Source: a gamma proteobacterium SCGC AAA076-P13 (GTDB taxonomy: Bacteria; Pseudomonadota; Gammaproteobacteria; Magnimaribacterales; D2472). Taken from it: 64,000 nt of DNA. Location: NCBI GenBank assembly GCA_000384935.1, contig ARRA01000004.1:12834-76833 (forward strand), in the 5' to 3' direction. The translations under genes and the position numbers were made by a program. Each line of letters starts with the position of its first letter. Positions within the stretch are counted from its first letter, which is position 1. Below, in pieces: positions 60,054 to 64,000 of this stretch. The notes below the pieces were generated by a model. The model had not been told where the DNA came from, searched no databases, and worked only from the letters and a program-made list of their open reading frames with translations.

Positions 60054-61034
60054 TTAGCTTTTAGGACCATCACTTTCAATATCTAAGTCAAAGCATCTTT
60101 GGAAATACTCAGACAATATAGGTTTCTCCATCTCATCACACTTATTAAGAAAAGTTAGCTTGAAAGATCCTACTATATCTTTAAAAATTTTATAATTTTG
60201 TGCCCATGAAATCACAGTCCTAGGCGACATTAAAATTGAGATATCCCCAGAGCTAAAACCTGATCTTGTAAGGTTTGCTAGTTTAATCATATTTTTAAGG
60301 ATCTCTTGATTCTTTGTACTTTTCATCTCGCCAACTTGGGATGAAACTACTTTGTATTCTTGCTTAGGATCTAGATAATTCAATGTTGAAAGGATATGCC
60401 ATCTATCCATTTGGCCTTGGTTAATTTGTTGTGTTCCATGATAAAGACCAGTTACATCTCCTAACCCTACAGTATTTGTAGTTGCAAATAATCGAAAAGA
60501 CGAATGAGGAGCCACAACTTTATTTTGGTCTAACAATGTCAATTTTCCTTCCACTTCTAAAATTCTTTGAATTACAAACATGACATCAGGTCTACCTGCA
60601 TCATATTCATCAAACACTAAAGCAACAGGGTTTTGAATTGACCAAGGCAAAAGACCTTCTTGGAATTCTGTTATTTGCTTACCATCTTGAAGTTTTATAG
60701 CATCTTTACCCAGTAGGTCGATTCGACTGATATGACTATCAAGGTTTATTCTTACGCAAGGCCAATTCAGCCTAGCCGCAACTTGTTCAATATGAGTTGA
60801 TTTTCCAGTTCCATGAAATCCTTGAACCATAACTCTTCTGTTATGTTCGAAGCCAGCTAGAATAGATAAAGTAGTCTCTTTATCAAATACATAATTAGGG
60901 TCTATTTCTGGAACCCACTCAGTTTTTTCTTTGTATCCTTTAACGGTGATCTTGGAGTCAATATTAAATGTTTTTGAAACATCAATCTTAAGATTGGGTT
61001 TTATTGGAAGATCTATATTTGAATTAATGGCCAT
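60054..61034 (-). CDS. cobS: CobS-like AAA+ ATPase
   Basis: GFHGTGKSTHIEQVAARLNWP, FDEYDAGRPD, TNTVGLGD, MSPR. Confidence 0.88.
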   Translation of the reverse strand: MAINSNIDLPIKPNLKIDVSKTFNIDSKITVKGYKEKTEWVPEIDPNYVFDKETTLSILAGFEHNRRVMVQGFHGTGKSTHIEQVAARLNWPCVRINLDSHISRIDLLGKDAIKLQDGKQITEFQEGLLPWSIQNPVALVFDEYDAGRPDVMFVIQRILEVEGKLTLLDQNKVVAPHSSFRLFATTNTVGLGDVTGLYHGTQQINQGQMDRWHILSTLNYLDPKQEYKVVSSQVGEMKSTKNQEILKNMIKLANLTRSGFSSGDISILMSPRTVISWAQNYKIFKDIVGSFKLTFLNKCDEMEKPILSEYFQRCFDLDIESDGPKS

Positions 61035-61162
61035 GCTTAATCTTTATTTAGTATAATTTGTAACCATCATACTTTTTGACTTATCAAAGTTCTAGTTTTT
61101 TTGTAAACAATGTAAGATAGTCTTCGACTATAACAGCAATTATCTCAAAGGAGCTTGGGCAA

Positions 61163-62053
61163 ATGGACAAAAAAAATAATCTTTTAGAAAAGTCCTTAGA
61201 CCTATTTTCATTAAATAAAATAGATAGAGATATTTACACCTGGACAGGTAAAAATGTTGGTTGGGCAAGAGTATTTGGTGGCCAGGTTATGGCTCAGACT
61301 TTAATAGCAGCTTATAAGACAATTGGTGTTGATCATTATGCTCATTCCTTTCATTCTTATTTTTTAAGACCAGGGCATATGGATAAGCCGATTATTTTCA
61401 TGGTTGATAGAATTAGAGATGGGAAAAGTTTTTCAACAAGAACTGTTAAGGCACTTCAAGATGGCGAGGCAATTTTTAGTTGTTCAATATCTTTTCAAAA
61501 AGATGAAGATGGTCTTGAGCATCAAATTCCAATGCCAGATATTCCTGGACCTGAGAATCTAAGAAATGAGATTGAAATCAGAGAAGAGTTACTCAAAAAA
61601 CTCAATATGAAGGCAGAAGATATGCCTGTTTTCTTGCGTCAAAAAAGAAATTGAAATGAGACCAGTAGAGCAGCAAGATTACTTTAATCCAAAAAGACTA
61701 CCTCCTTATAAAAACACATGGATCAAGCCTGAAGGTGTAATCCCTGATGATCAAAAAATTCAACAAGCCTTTCTTTTATACATATCTGATATGGGCTTAA
61801 TTGCTGCAGCAAATAACTCCATAGGGGTAAATTTTTTAACTAAAAACCTTCAAAATGCCAGTCTTGATCATGCAATGTGGTTTCATCGAAAAGTTGATCT
61901 TAACGACTGGTTTTTATATTCAATAGACAGTCCAATTACTAGGAATGCTAGGGGTTTTTCAAGAGGCTCTATTTTCTCCCATAACGGAGATCTGGTTGCT
62001 TCCTGCACCCAAGAGGGCCTAATAAGGCTTTGGCCTGAAACAAAAGAGGATAA

Positions 62054-62057
<4 letters not shown>
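61163..62057 (+). pseudogene. tesB: acyl-CoA thioesterase II split by a +1 frameshift at an A6 run (61641-61646), or a sequencing indel
   Basis: ORF1 RVFGGQVMAQ..HSYFLRPG; ORF2 YISD..ASLDHAMWFH..QEGLIR; removing one A gives RQKEIEMRP. Confidence 0.75.
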
Positions 62058-63999
<1,942 letters not shown>

Positions 64000-64000
64000 C

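Noticed and set aside
61641..61647. AAAAAAG as a dnaX-type -1 programmed frameshift site
   Set aside because: The heptamer is not in the X_XXY_YYZ frame and rejoining tesB needs a +1 shift

Overview
AT-rich, tightly packed gammaproteobacterial chromosome segment. The streamlined marine style suggests a SAR86-like lineage (inference only). Core genes include trpD/trpC, coq7-purD-purH-fis, rsmE-gshB-tonB-yqgF-dnaG-rpoD, hflX, oxyR-katG, cysE, cobST-like, tesB (frameshifted), hemE and gltD. There are also two tRNAs (Ile2-CAT, Ala-TGC), a Fur-boxed TonB-dependent receptor, a SAM-II-like riboswitch before a betaine-homocysteine-type methyltransferase, and several catabolic genes. The standout feature is a ~7.3 kb integrative element (14705-22034) inserted at the anticodon loop of tRNA-Ile2. 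It duplicates the 5' half of the tRNA, so the intact tRNA now sits behind an element-encoded promoter. The element encodes an integrase, a second short tyrosine recombinase, a minimal HUH rolling-circle Rep, a possible FseA-like activator, a stand-alone ClpX zinc-finger protein and several small phage-type proteins, but no capsid, terminase or conjugation genes. It appears to avoid 4-bp palindromes, carries T4-like late-promoter motifs (GATAAATA) before Rep and a neighbouring gene, and that neighbour has a T4-style capsid-targeting-like N-terminus. Together these suggest a possibly undescribed rolling-circle satellite of a T4-like marine myophage. All protein assignments come from motif recognition by eye; no database searches were run.
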